Shown: positions 9,077-18,489 of the stretch, piece by piece
How positions within the stretch are numbered: position 1 is the first letter of the stretch
How the letters are laid out: each line of letters opens with the position of its first letter
Assembly: GCA_944386985.1 (NCBI GenBank)
Contig: CALXDD010000012.1
Coordinates: 153-64,152 of the forward strand
Length of the DNA stretch: 64,000 nt
Direction of reading: 5' to 3'
From: an uncultured Oscillospiraceae bacterium
GTDB taxonomy: Bacteria > Bacillota > Clostridia > Oscillospirales > Oscillospiraceae
Made by a program: the position numbers and the translations under genes
Notes under the pieces: model-generated
The model's input: the letters and a program-made list of their open reading frames with translations, nothing else
Database searches by the model: none
What the model was told of the DNA's origin: nothing

Positions 9077-10555
9077 TTATTTTAAATTTGGATGCTCCAG
9101 CAGATAGGTCAGTAAATACAGCAGCCGGTTCTGCGGAGAGTCAAAATTATCTTCGCCCAGGCACTCAAAAATCTTGGTAATCCGATAGTTGATGGTGTTC
9201 CGATGCACTCCCATGTGGACCGAGGCGTCCATAAAGCTGCGATTGTCATACAAATACCAGAAGAGCGTCTGGGCAAACTGGGTACCGCCGGATTCATCCA
9301 GCTGCCGCAGATACTGATAGTCCGGATGGAGCAGTTTGTCCAAATGGGGCGCGGTGTGCAGGTGCTCCATCAGCAGCGGCACTGCAGCCTCCCGCAGGGT
9401 CGCCCCCGGAAGCCCCTGGCTCCTGGCTCTGCCGGCAGCTAAATCGGCCAACTCCGCTTCCTCCGCAAAATTCTCCAGTCCCGTGAATTCATGGCTGACT
9501 CCCCAGACAAACTGCCCGGCGTCGGCGTATTGGCGCAGGTCCCCGACCAGCTTGCTGTAGGGGCCGTACTCCCGGAGATTGACCAGGAACACAATGCGGT
9601 CCGGCTCCACCAGCGCCTGCATGGGGGACATGTTGGCCTCCAGCTGGTCCTGGGCGGCATCAATCTCCCGCATATCCCGGCTGCTCCGGTTCCCGCCGTC
9701 CCGGTCATATAGAACAATGACGGCAAAATGGTCGTCGTCCTTCCAATTATTGAGCTGGTAGATATCACGGGTATGGTAGCGTGAGGAGCCGTGGAGGGCC
9801 CCCTGCATATACTCCTCCAGCGCCGACTGGAAGAAAAGGACGTCCGGCTTGGCATTGACATAGAAGTTGACAATCTTCTGAAAGACCGACATCAGCTGCA
9901 GGTCCTTCTTGCCGAACGGACGGTTATACTGGTAGGCGCTGATGTAGCCGATGCGGCGGTCTCCGGTGTCCGTCCAGAGATTGGCGTACATGAAATCCCC
10001 CTGATAGAGGGGGGAGTAGGCGATCTGGGGCTCCCGCTGTTCGGCCACCTCAACCGGCTCGTTGAAGGCGTGGCCGATGTTGTAGCGGTGGGAGCGGCCG
10101 GGGCGGAACTGGCGCAGATAGTCCGCCCAGAGGGGATGGGTCTGGGGACCGTAGGAATCGGTCAGCGCCACCAGCTCCATGCGGGAATTTTTGATCAGCA
10201 TCGGACGCATAATGGCTAAATGGGCCTCATCCAACAGGTCCTGAAGGGACGCCCCCTGGAACGCGGACCGGAGCAGGGACGCCTCCCAGGCGTTATAATA
10301 CTCAAAGGCCTCGTTGGCCGCGTTGAAAATCTCGCTGCCGGTGGCGTTGACCACAAAAATGACATCCTCGCCGTTGGTCACGGTGACCAGGCCGAAATCG
10401 GCATCCTTGTCGGAAATACAGGCCAGCGCCTTTTGACTCAGCTCATCCGCAATACGCGTACCCACCAGGCAGGGCTCACCCTCGTGAATGGCCGACTGAA
10501 TTTTGTAGCCCTTCGAACGGAACCAGTCCTCCAGCAGATACATGGACAGTTTCAT
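9077..10555 (-). CDS. PucR/CdaR-family transcriptional regulator
   Basis: 492 aa. C-terminal PucR-type HTH: SVHMGVHRNTINYRITKIFECLG. Confidence 0.85.
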   Translation of the reverse strand: MKLSMYLLEDWFRSKGYKIQSAIHEGEPCLVGTRIADELSQKALACISDKDADFGLVTVTNGEDVIFVVNATGSEIFNAANEAFEYYNAWEASLLRSAFQGASLQDLLDEAHLAIMRPMLIKNSRMELVALTDSYGPQTHPLWADYLRQFRPGRSHRYNIGHAFNEPVEVAEQREPQIAYSPLYQGDFMYANLWTDTGDRRIGYISAYQYNRPFGKKDLQLMSVFQKIVNFYVNAKPDVLFFQSALEEYMQGALHGSSRYHTRDIYQLNNWKDDDHFAVIVLYDRDGGNRSSRDMREIDAAQDQLEANMSPMQALVEPDRIVFLVNLREYGPYSKLVGDLRQYADAGQFVWGVSHEFTGLENFAEEAELADLAAGRARSQGLPGATLREAAVPLLMEHLHTAPHLDKLLHPDYQYLRQLDESGGTQFAQTLFWYLYDNRSFMDASVHMGVHRNTINYRITKIFECLGEDNFDSPQNRLLYLLTYLLEHPNLK

Positions 10556-10595
10556 CTTGCACCTCCCGGACTGTACTTTCAGAATTCTTGCATAA

Positions 10596-10625
10596 ATTTT
10601 ATCACAGCTTCAGGGGAATCCGCAA
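10596..10625 (-). promoter_or_regulatory. Candidate promoter of the PucR gene
   Basis: Minus strand reads TTGCGG, an 18-nt spacer, then TGaTAAAAT (extended -10 like). Located downstream of the operon terminator. Confidence 0.35.
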
Positions 10626-10638
10626 GTCTGCCAATAAG

Positions 10639-10667
10639 AAAAGGAGGACACCGCATGTCCTCCTTTT
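10639..10667 (-). terminator. Intrinsic terminator ending the URO-D/transporter operon
   Basis: Stem AAAAGGAGGACA / TGTCCTCCTTTT. On the minus strand it is followed by TTTTCTTATT, 10 nt after the URO-D stop. Confidence 0.6.
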
Positions 10668-10676
10668 CCGTTCGGA

Positions 10677-11726
10677 TCAGCCGCCGCAGTATTTCCGGCG
10701 GCTGCAGCGGTAGAACGCATCCTCTATGGAAACTTCTCTCTGCCCCATGACCAGAAGGCTCGGCAGCAGCCGCCGGGTCTTCCCCAGGCCGTCCACCAGG
10801 CCGCAGACCAGCGCCTCCGCCTCCTCGTCCGACAGCGACGGATCGATGGTAGTCATGCTCATCTGGAACAGCTTGTCGCCATATTGGTCCATGATGGCCT
10901 GCTTGTCGTTCACCGCGTTCTGGCCCTCCCAGCCGTCAAAGCCGGCGTCGATGAAGTTCTGGATGTGGATGCCAACATTGCCGCAGGAGTGAAGACTGAT
11001 ATACAGTCCCATGTCGTGGGCCGCCCTGGTGACCTTTTGATACTGGGGCATCAGCAGCCGGCGATAGAGCTGGCTGGAGAAAAATGCATTTTTCTGGGAC
11101 CCCATATCGTCATGGAGCAGGATCATATCGGCGTGGAAGAATTGTTTGGCGATTTTGATCAGCTCAATGTGCCACTGGGCCAGCCGGTCGTAGAACTCCG
11201 TCAGGGCCTCCGGCTCCTCCAGAAGGTAGCAGAAAGCGTCTTCAAAGCTGGTCAGATCGGCGGTCCGCTCAAAAAAGCCGTTGAGAATGACAAAGGTGGT
11301 AAACCGCTCCGGCGACAGGCCCTGGGCATAGTGCTCGTCGATTTCCTTTTGCCAGTCGATGCTCCATGGGTCAAACCACTCCAGCTCCTCCCGCCAGCGG
11401 GTGATGTCCGACAGGCGGCGGGTGCCGGGGGTAACCATGGCGGCACGGATGTTGGGCTCATAGGTCCACTGAATCCCGAAGCAGTCAACGCCGCCAAAGG
11501 CCCGGGCGCGGTTGTCGGGAAACGCATAGGGGCAGACTGTGGCGCAGTCCCGGCGCATATCGGGCATCCACAGCGGGTTCTCTCCCCGCAGGTAGCGGAG
11601 GATGTTTTCTCTGGGGGAAATGGGCCGGTTGAACTTGGGAATCACCTTGTCGGGTCCGCCATAGAGGCCGGGCAGCTTATACTGGCCGATGACCTCCAGC
11701 TCCCGTTCATCAAAACTCGGATACAG
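10677..11726 (-). CDS. Uroporphyrinogen-decarboxylase (URO-D) family protein, MtaA/CmuA-like methyltransferase paralog 1; start uncertain
   Basis: URO-D-like core (LHSCGNVGIHIQNFIDAGFDGW). The N-terminus aligns with paralogs 2 and 3 (ENILRYLRGENPLWMPDMRRD). The track ATG at 11828 overlaps the upstream gene. No in-frame ATG follows the RBS AAGGAGGAG, so a CTG (11726) or GTG (11645) start is possible. Confidence 0.85.
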   Translation of the reverse strand: MYPSFDERELEVIGQYKLPGLYGGPDKVIPKFNRPISPRENILRYLRGENPLWMPDMRRDCATVCPYAFPDNRARAFGGVDCFGIQWTYEPNIRAAMVTPGTRRLSDITRWREELEWFDPWSIDWQKEIDEHYAQGLSPERFTTFVILNGFFERTADLTSFEDAFCYLLEEPEALTEFYDRLAQWHIELIKIAKQFFHADMILLHDDMGSQKNAFFSSQLYRRLLMPQYQKVTRAAHDMGLYISLHSCGNVGIHIQNFIDAGFDGWEGQNAVNDKQAIMDQYGDKLFQMSMTTIDPSLSDEEAEALVCGLVDGLGKTRRLLPSLLVMGQREVSIEDAFYRCSRRKYCGG

Positions 11727-11740
11727 GGATACTCCTCCTT

Positions 11741-12037
11741 TCAGCGCTTCTTCTGGTCGCGGGCCGCCCGCTGGGCGTTGAGGTATTTCAAAATGCCGTC
11801 GCAGCCGGACATGCAGAACACGCAGCACAGAAGCATCAGTATCATATTGACCATCCGGCTGTCGGAGTCCACCGCCACGGTGACGACGATGGAAATCACA
11901 ATGCCCAGCACAATGGAGATGATCCCGCTAACCACCTGCGGCGCAAGAAAGAACGCCCGGGCGTCAAAGGACCCGTCAGACCGGTAGCAGGGCGGAATCT
12001 CCGGCATCCGGATGTTCTTGTTGTCGTTTTGACTCAT
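11741..12037 (-). CDS. Small two-TM membrane protein, unknown function
   Basis: 98 aa. Strong RBS (GGAAGGAGG, 8 nt, ATG). Hydrophobic segments VVSGIISIVLGIVISIVVTVAV and MILMLLCCVFCMSGC. Confidence 0.6.
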   Translation of the reverse strand: MSQNDNKNIRMPEIPPCYRSDGSFDARAFFLAPQVVSGIISIVLGIVISIVVTVAVDSDSRMVNMILMLLCCVFCMSGCDGILKYLNAQRAARDQKKR

Positions 12038-12078
12038 GAAAAATACCTCCTTCCAGCGTACGGCATACGGAAATAAAA

Positions 12079-13152
12079 TCAGTCGGGATCAGGGACCCGG
12101 CGGTTCTCGGGCTTCTGGTAGAAATCAGCCCGCTCCGCCACGCATTCCTCCACCGCCTGGCGGAAAAACGGCGTGGAGGAGTTGCCGAAGGGGATCAGGC
12201 AGCCGCCCCGGCACAGTTTGTCAATGCGCTGTCCGACGCACTCCTTGATCTTCTCCACCGTCATCCCCGGCAGCTGGATCTCTTTGACATCGCAGCCGCC
12301 GATCATGGTCAGCCGGTGGCCGTAGGTCTTAAGGATGGACTCGATGTCGTTGACCGCCTGGCTGGAGGTCCAGTGCTCCAGTCCGGCGTCCACAGCGGCG
12401 GGAAGGATCTTCTCCCAGCGGCCGCAGGAGTGTAGCTGGAAGATGACGCCCAGCCGTTTGCAGCAGTCGATGATCCTGGTCATCCCGGGCCGGAACAGCT
12501 CGTTCCAGGTGTCCACAGAGAAGAACGCGGCGTTTTGATGGCCCCAGTCGTCGCTCATGTCGATCAGGTCCACCTTGGGGTAATAGTACACGATCTTCTC
12601 AATGGTTTTGCACTTGTAGTCCGCCAGCGCGTCGAAAAATTCCCGCACGGCATCCGGCTCCGCCACCAGGGCCATGGCTCCGTCCTCCATTCCCATCAGG
12701 GAGTGGAGGCGCTCAAACATGCCGTGGCCGATGGAGACGTTCACCAGCTTGGTGTCGGCGTCCTCGCCGGGGTTGCTCTCCACACCGCGCATGGTGGCGA
12801 TGGGGCGCGCCTGGCCGCTGCGGACACCGGTCATATCCCGGGCCACATGGGCCTCCCAGTCATAGCTGTCCGGATCGGGGATCTTGATGAAGTCCCGCCA
12901 GTTCTCCATATCATCTATGGTCATGACATACTTGCCGGTCTTCGGATCGGGCATGGGCATATGGGCCTTGGACTTCTCCTCATACTGCCAGTAAACGCCG
13001 AAGCCGTCATGGCCGCTCTCTCCCACAGGGGGATGGGCCTCATACTGGCAGAAGGACACGTTCAGAGGGGAGAAATCCCGGCGCATGTCGGGGATGTAGT
13101 CAGGGCACTTGCGGTTATAAAACTTCAGCAGGTTTTCACGATAGGAAATCAT
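12079..13152 (-). CDS. URO-D family protein, MtaA/CmuA-like methyltransferase paralog 2
   Basis: Start trimmed to MISYRENLLKFY after the RBS AAAGGAG. 357 aa. URO-D-like core LHSCGRWEKILPAAVDAGLEHW. Confidence 0.9.
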   Translation of the reverse strand: MISYRENLLKFYNRKCPDYIPDMRRDFSPLNVSFCQYEAHPPVGESGHDGFGVYWQYEEKSKAHMPMPDPKTGKYVMTIDDMENWRDFIKIPDPDSYDWEAHVARDMTGVRSGQARPIATMRGVESNPGEDADTKLVNVSIGHGMFERLHSLMGMEDGAMALVAEPDAVREFFDALADYKCKTIEKIVYYYPKVDLIDMSDDWGHQNAAFFSVDTWNELFRPGMTRIIDCCKRLGVIFQLHSCGRWEKILPAAVDAGLEHWTSSQAVNDIESILKTYGHRLTMIGGCDVKEIQLPGMTVEKIKECVGQRIDKLCRGGCLIPFGNSSTPFFRQAVEECVAERADFYQKPENRRVPDPD

Positions 13153-13171
13153 AGGAAACTCCTTTCTTTCG

Positions 13172-14554
13172 TCAGCCGTCGGACCGAGACTTCTGCTTGG
13201 CCTCAAACTCCGCCTTGTACTGTGCCATCTTCGCATTGGTCAGCGGATAGAACAGATAGGCGATGATTCCCAGAACCAGGAAAAAGGTGGGGACAAAGGC
13301 GGTGATGACGCGGATGCCGAACACCGCCCGGTCCGTCATGGCCTCCGCATTGAAGCCGAACAGGGCGAGACCGTAGCCCAGGCAGGCGCTTTTGATCACG
13401 TTGGACAAATTGGCCACCATGGACGTCACCTGATACAAGAAGGCGCGGCAGTTGATGCCCGTGGTGTAGTAGCTCCAGTCCACCACGTTGGCCACCAGGG
13501 CGGAGTCCGTGGCGTGCTGCAGGGAGTAGCCGAACATGCCGATGGACATGAGGGCGGTGAAGGCCACGCCGTTGGTGCCGAAGAGGAAGGACAGAACCAG
13601 GGCCGCGGCGTAGAAGATGTAGCCCACGATGCAGGTCCACTTTCCGCCGATTTTCCGGGAGACAAACGGCGCCACAACGCCTCCCAGCAGCTGGATGAAG
13701 GTGGACGCCGTCAGGTACCAGGTCATGCCGGACATATCGCCGATGACGTAGGTATAGTAATAGGCCATAATGCCGTACACCAGGGAGTAGCATACGCTCT
13801 TGCCCAGAGAGCCGACGCAGCAGCAGAGCATGGGCCGGTTCAGGGCCAGCTTGATCATGGTGCCGACGGGAATGCTGTGGGTCTTTCCGGTCTTGGCGTC
13901 CTTTTCATCGGGCTTCTCCATCCCCTTGATCTGCCGGCAGACAATCAGGATGCCGATGATCAGGGCCACGGAGATGATGGTGGAAAACACCGTGTAGCCC
14001 CATGCCTCAGAGCCCACCAGGCCCACCAGGGCGGCGATGATGGAGACCTGGAAGAAGGACCAGAACAGCTTACCGATGGAGTTCATCTGGAGGCGGACGC
14101 CGGTGAGGGAGGTGCGGTCCTCCACATCGGGCGCCAGCAGGGAGATACAGCCGGTGTAGGGCGTATAGAAGATGGAGTAGCCCACGCCGCCGACAATGGC
14201 GACCATGTACCAGATGTACTTGAACGTGTCAGAGCCGCCCACAGGGGTGAACATCATGATGCCGGTGATGGCGCTCAGGCATCCGCCAAACAGCATCCAG
14301 AAGCGGAAGCGGCCCATCTTCGGGTTGGACTTCTGCATGATAAAGCCCAGGAGCAGAGAGACCACCAGTCCCACGATGCTGGAGATGGTGGAGATGTTGG
14401 CCGCCATCACCGCCGGCAGCATGGCCACCGAGTTGAGGAAGAACTGCTGGTAGTTGGAATTCATCTGGGAACGCAGGGTAGAGAACGTGTTGGCAAGACC
14501 GTAAAGCACGAAAGACTTCTTATAGATGGTCTTGGCAGAAAGCTTGTTCGCCAT
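13172..14554 (-). CDS. MFS transporter, glycoside-pentoside-hexuronide (GPH) cation symporter-like
   Basis: 460 aa with about 12 TM segments. The organisation is GPH-like. Confidence 0.9.
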   Translation of the reverse strand: MANKLSAKTIYKKSFVLYGLANTFSTLRSQMNSNYQQFFLNSVAMLPAVMAANISTISSIVGLVVSLLLGFIMQKSNPKMGRFRFWMLFGGCLSAITGIMMFTPVGGSDTFKYIWYMVAIVGGVGYSIFYTPYTGCISLLAPDVEDRTSLTGVRLQMNSIGKLFWSFFQVSIIAALVGLVGSEAWGYTVFSTIISVALIIGILIVCRQIKGMEKPDEKDAKTGKTHSIPVGTMIKLALNRPMLCCCVGSLGKSVCYSLVYGIMAYYYTYVIGDMSGMTWYLTASTFIQLLGGVVAPFVSRKIGGKWTCIVGYIFYAAALVLSFLFGTNGVAFTALMSIGMFGYSLQHATDSALVANVVDWSYYTTGINCRAFLYQVTSMVANLSNVIKSACLGYGLALFGFNAEAMTDRAVFGIRVITAFVPTFFLVLGIIAYLFYPLTNAKMAQYKAEFEAKQKSRSDG

Positions 14555-14608
14555 AGGGCACCGCCTTTCTCAAATTCTGCAGATCGATTCTCGTTTCTCG
14601 TCTTCTTC

Positions 14609-15634
14609 TCACAGTGTGGGGAGCTTGCAGTGGGCCGGGTCCTTGAAGAAATCACGGTTGGCCTGCACCACTTCAGACACCACCTGGGCCAGATGGGGCA
14701 CGCCGAAGGTGCCGTAGGGCAGGAAGCCGCCGCCGGGGCACAGGTCGTTCAGCCGCTGCTGGACGATCTCCCGCATCTTCTCGATGGGGTAGTTCTCATC
14801 ATAGAACTCCTGCAGGTCCATGCCGCCGGAGCTGATGAAGCGGTCGCCGTACCGGGCCACAATGCTGTGGAGATCGTTGATGGCCTGGCTGGAGGTCCAC
14901 ACGTCGATGCCCGCGTCGATCATATGGGGGATCAGCTTCTCGTTTTTGCCGCAGCTGTGCTGGAGATACAAAAAGCCCTTGGAGCGGACATGATCGATGA
15001 GGCGGCGGACCTGGGGAGCGATGTGTTCGTCCCAGGCGGCGGGACTGATGAAAAGGCCGTTCTTGTGGCCCCAGTCATCGCTGACCTCCAGCATATCCAC
15101 CCCCTTGTAGTATTGGGCAATTTTGTCCACCACGGCGATCTTGAAGTCGAAATAGGCGGTAAAGAAGTCATCCACCGCCTCCGGCTCCTCCAAAAGCGCA
15201 ACATTCGCCTCCGTCATGCCCATCAGAAAATGGAGCCGCTCATAGCAGCCGTGGCCAAGCCCCATATTCAGAAACTTGTCGGGATCTGCATTGGCCATAT
15301 CCCTGGCGGCCATGGCCTCCCAGTCCACGCTGTCCAAATCCGGAAAGCTGACATAGCTGCGCCACTGGGTGATGTCGGGCACCACCGGCGCCGCCTGGGT
15401 GTCCGGCGACGGGGCGGAAAAGCTGGTGGCTTCCACCCGGTACCAGACGCCGAAGCCGTCCTTGCCGCGGCCCTCCCGCAGGGGCTTCTCCGGGTCCGAC
15501 GGGTCCCGCGGGTGCTCCAGATGCTCAATTAAGCTGCACTGGACGCCCTGGCGGTCCTTCCGGTAATCCGGAAGCCACTCGGGGATATGGTGGGTGTAGA
15601 ACATGCGGAAATTTTCCTTTGGCGTGATCGACAC
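14609..15634 (-). CDS. URO-D family protein, MtaA/CmuA-like methyltransferase paralog 3
   Basis: 341 aa. LQHSCGKNEKLIPHMIDAGIDVW. The N-terminus aligns with paralogs 1 and 2. Confidence 0.9.
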   Translation of the reverse strand: MSITPKENFRMFYTHHIPEWLPDYRKDRQGVQCSLIEHLEHPRDPSDPEKPLREGRGKDGFGVWYRVEATSFSAPSPDTQAAPVVPDITQWRSYVSFPDLDSVDWEAMAARDMANADPDKFLNMGLGHGCYERLHFLMGMTEANVALLEEPEAVDDFFTAYFDFKIAVVDKIAQYYKGVDMLEVSDDWGHKNGLFISPAAWDEHIAPQVRRLIDHVRSKGFLYLQHSCGKNEKLIPHMIDAGIDVWTSSQAINDLHSIVARYGDRFISSGGMDLQEFYDENYPIEKMREIVQQRLNDLCPGGGFLPYGTFGVPHLAQVVSEVVQANRDFFKDPAHCKLPTL

Positions 15635-15739
15635 AATGTATTCCCCCTTCTCTCAATCACTTACCCGGGTCCTCCCCCGGGCCTTTCCTGCCTCTACGTT
15701 ACCACAGCTTTTTCCATCCGTCAACGAGTAATTGTAGAA

Positions 15740-15764
15740 AATTTATAATTTCATATTATAAATT
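15740..15764. promoter_or_regulatory. Perfect palindrome in the divergent promoter region
   Basis: AATTTATAAT-ttcat-ATTATAAATT, with 10-bp arms. A TATAAT hexamer is present on each strand. Confidence 0.4.
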
Positions 15765-15880
15765 CAAAATATTTTCCAAATAGCAAAGGAGCCTCTTGCG
15801 TATATCGCCATATAGATATATAATTGCTACAATGCATGTTGTAGTATTCATCCAAACGCACGAACGGGGAGGTTGGGACA

Positions 15881-17260
15881 ATGAAGAAAAAACTGCGTTT
15901 CCCGTCAGCCATGGTCATCCTGCTGGGGATCATTGTGCTGGCGGTGCTGCTGACGTGGGTGGTGCCCGGCGGCGAGTTTGGGTCTCATGTGGACCCGCAG
16001 ACCGGGGAAACCGTCACCACCCTGGAGGATTTCTATTTTGTGGATTCCCAGCCGGTGAATCCCCTGGAGATCCCGGTGCGGATCGTCCAGGCATTTATGG
16101 ACAGCTCCACTGCCGCCATTGTGCTCACCTACCTTTTTATGGGCGGCGGCGTATACATTCTGACCGATTCCGGCGCGTTCCAGGCCGTCATGGGCTGGGC
16201 GGTCAGGAAGCTGCGGGGCAACCGGCTGATCATGGTGGCCGGCTTTACCACCCTCTTCTCCCTGGTGAATCTGGTCCTCTCCCCCCACTCCTTTGTGGCC
16301 TTTGTCCCCTTCAGCATCCTCTTCGCCCGTGCCATCGGCTATGACGCCATGGTCGGCGTGGCCATGGCGCTGCTGGGCGGAGCCGTGTCCTTCAGCACAG
16401 GCGCGCTGCTGGCCACCACAGTGGCCGCCCAGACCATGGTGGGCCTGCCCATCTACTCCGGCGCCTCCTACCGTCTGCTTTGCATGGCGGTGCTGCTGAT
16501 CCCCACCATCCTCTACATCTACCGCTACGGCGAGCAGACCCGCACCGGCAAGCGGGCCAGTCTGGTGGCGGACCTGGAGCGGCAGGAGCAGGGCGCCTCG
16601 GCGGAGCTCCCCTCAGAGGTCCATTTTCACCACATCCTCACCATGCTTCTCTTCGTCATCACCATCGGCCTGTGCATCTACGGGTCGGCCTTCCGCGGCT
16701 GGACCAACATCCATCTTTCAGCCGCCTTCCTTGTGCTGGGCATCGTGGTGGGCCTGCTCCACAGGCACCCTCTGGAAGAAGTTCTGCGGATGTATCTGAC
16801 CGGCGCAAAAAATATGCTGAGCAGCGCGGTGCTGGCGGGCCTGGCCGGCGCAGCCACCGCGATCCTCAGCAGCGGCGGGATCATGTACACGATTGTCTAT
16901 TACGCCTCCCAGGTGATCACCGCGGCGCCTCCCGTGCTCTACGCCCCGGTCATGTTTACCATGCACCTGATCATCAACACCTTCATTGTCTCCGGCGGCG
17001 GCCAGGCGGCGGCCACCATGCCCATCATGGCCCCGATCGCAAAGCTCTGCAATCTCCCCATGCAGAGCGCGGTGCTGTGCTTCAATCTGGGAGACGGCCT
17101 TGGAAACTATGTCCTGCCTTACTCCAACCAGCTGATCTCCTACATCGAAGCCGGCTATATCTCCTACGGCAAGTGGATGCGCTTTTTGGGCAAGCTGTTT
17201 GTCATCTGGGTGGTTCTGGCCTGGGTCCTCACCGCCGTGTCGGTGTTTGTCTGGCGCTGA
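15881..17260 (+). CDS. YfcC-family (DcuC-like) anaerobic carrier / putative basic amino acid antiporter
   Basis: 459 aa. YfcC-like N-terminus MKKKLRFPSAMVILLGIIVLAVLLTWVVPGGEF. RBS GGGAGG. Confidence 0.9.
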   Translation: MKKKLRFPSAMVILLGIIVLAVLLTWVVPGGEFGSHVDPQTGETVTTLEDFYFVDSQPVNPLEIPVRIVQAFMDSSTAAIVLTYLFMGGGVYILTDSGAFQAVMGWAVRKLRGNRLIMVAGFTTLFSLVNLVLSPHSFVAFVPFSILFARAIGYDAMVGVAMALLGGAVSFSTGALLATTVAAQTMVGLPIYSGASYRLLCMAVLLIPTILYIYRYGEQTRTGKRASLVADLERQEQGASAELPSEVHFHHILTMLLFVITIGLCIYGSAFRGWTNIHLSAAFLVLGIVVGLLHRHPLEEVLRMYLTGAKNMLSSAVLAGLAGAATAILSSGGIMYTIVYYASQVITAAPPVLYAPVMFTMHLIINTFIVSGGGQAAATMPIMAPIAKLCNLPMQSAVLCFNLGDGLGNYVLPYSNQLISYIEAGYISYGKWMRFLGKLFVIWVVLAWVLTAVSVFVWR

Positions 17261-17321
17261 CGGCGTAAATGGTCATCCCCTTCCCCAGAGTAACCTCCTG
17301 CTTCGTCCCCACAGACACAAA

Positions 17322-17359
17322 GGCGGGAGGCCAACCGGTCATCCGGTCGGCCTCCCGCC
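17322..17359. terminator. Strong hairpin between convergent genes
   Basis: GGCGGGAGGCC..ACCGG tcat CCGGT..GGCCTCCCGCC. The outer stem is 11 bp, with an additional inner stem. Confidence 0.65.
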
Positions 17360-17416
17360 TCAGCGTTTCAGCTTATGTAGGCGTATGGATCATGCCGCAC
17401 GCCTTTGTGTGTGGAA

Positions 17417-18424
17417 TTAGTCCTCGAACTCAGCCACGTTGTCGATGGTCACGGTGGTAACACCGGTATCCACGACCTTGCCGCCCAGGTCCTCGCCCTC
17501 CATCAGAGCGATGGCAGCCTTAACAGCCTCGGAGCCCATGACGTCGGGGTTCTGAGCCATGAAGGCCAGCAGGGAGCCGTCGTTGACCAGAGCGCGGTTG
17601 GAAGCGGAGTTATCGAAGCCCACGCAGATGATGTCAGCGCCGTTGGCGTTGGCCTCCTTCACAGCGTTGCCGGCGCCGTTGGTAGCACCGTCGTTAGCGC
17701 CGTAAACAGCGATCACGCCGTCCTGAATGAGGGCGTTGGTGATCTCCTGAGCCTTCACGGCGTCGCCGTCGGAGTACTGGACCTCGCCCATGGTGAAGCC
17801 GGTGCCCTCAAAAGCGGAGATGAAGCCGTCCACACGGTCGATGCAGGACTGCACGCCGGCCTGAGCGGAGACGATGCCGATGGTGCCCTCGGTGAGGCCC
17901 TTCTCGTCCAGGTAGACCTTCATCTGCTCACCGGCCTGCTTACCGGCAGCGAAGTTGTCGGTGGCGAAGGTAGCGGAACCCTCGATGGTGGAGGGGGAGT
18001 CCACATAGACGATCTTGATGCCGGCGTCGATGGCGGCCTGGATGGCGTCGTTGCAGGCGGTGGAATCGTTGACGGCGATGATGATGACGTCGGAGCCGTT
18101 ATTGGTGGCGGTCTCGATCATCTGGATCTGCTGAGCGTTGTCCTTCTTCTCAGGAGCCAGCCAGTCCATGGTCACATCGTAGCCCTGAGCCACATACTCA
18201 TCCACAGTGGCCTGAGCGGCAGCCTGGAGCTTCACCCAGTGCACGTCCATCTGGTCCATGGTGATCAGGGAGATGTGGCAGGACAGGGCCTCGCCGTCGC
18301 CGGTGTCGCCGCCGGCGTTGCCGCCGTTGCTGGCGCCACCGTTGTTGGTGGTGGTGTTGCCGCCGCAGGCGACCAGGGCCAGAGCCATGATCAGCGCGAG
18401 AGCAAGAGCGAAGATTCTTTTCAT
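17417..18424 (-). CDS. Sugar ABC transporter substrate-binding lipoprotein (ribose/galactose PBP1 type)
   Basis: Start trimmed to MKRIFALALALIMALALVACGG (lipobox), preceded by AAAGGAGAAG. 335 aa. Confidence 0.9.
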   Translation of the reverse strand: MKRIFALALALIMALALVACGGNTTTNNGGASNGGNAGGDTGDGEALSCHISLITMDQMDVHWVKLQAAAQATVDEYVAQGYDVTMDWLAPEKKDNAQQIQMIETATNNGSDVIIIAVNDSTACNDAIQAAIDAGIKIVYVDSPSTIEGSATFATDNFAAGKQAGEQMKVYLDEKGLTEGTIGIVSAQAGVQSCIDRVDGFISAFEGTGFTMGEVQYSDGDAVKAQEITNALIQDGVIAVYGANDGATNGAGNAVKEANANGADIICVGFDNSASNRALVNDGSLLAFMAQNPDVMGSEAVKAAIALMEGEDLGGKVVDTGVTTVTIDNVAEFED

Positions 18425-18489
18425 GATTACTTCTCCTTTTTTGTTTTGATTTATGTGCAAAGCGTTGCCGCTTTGTACCGAAAAATGGG

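Noticed and set aside
13514-15532. 672-aa plus-strand ORF across the MFS and URO-D3 genes
   Set aside because: It is antisense to two well-supported genes, has no domain-like sequence and has GC-driven stop-codon depletion.
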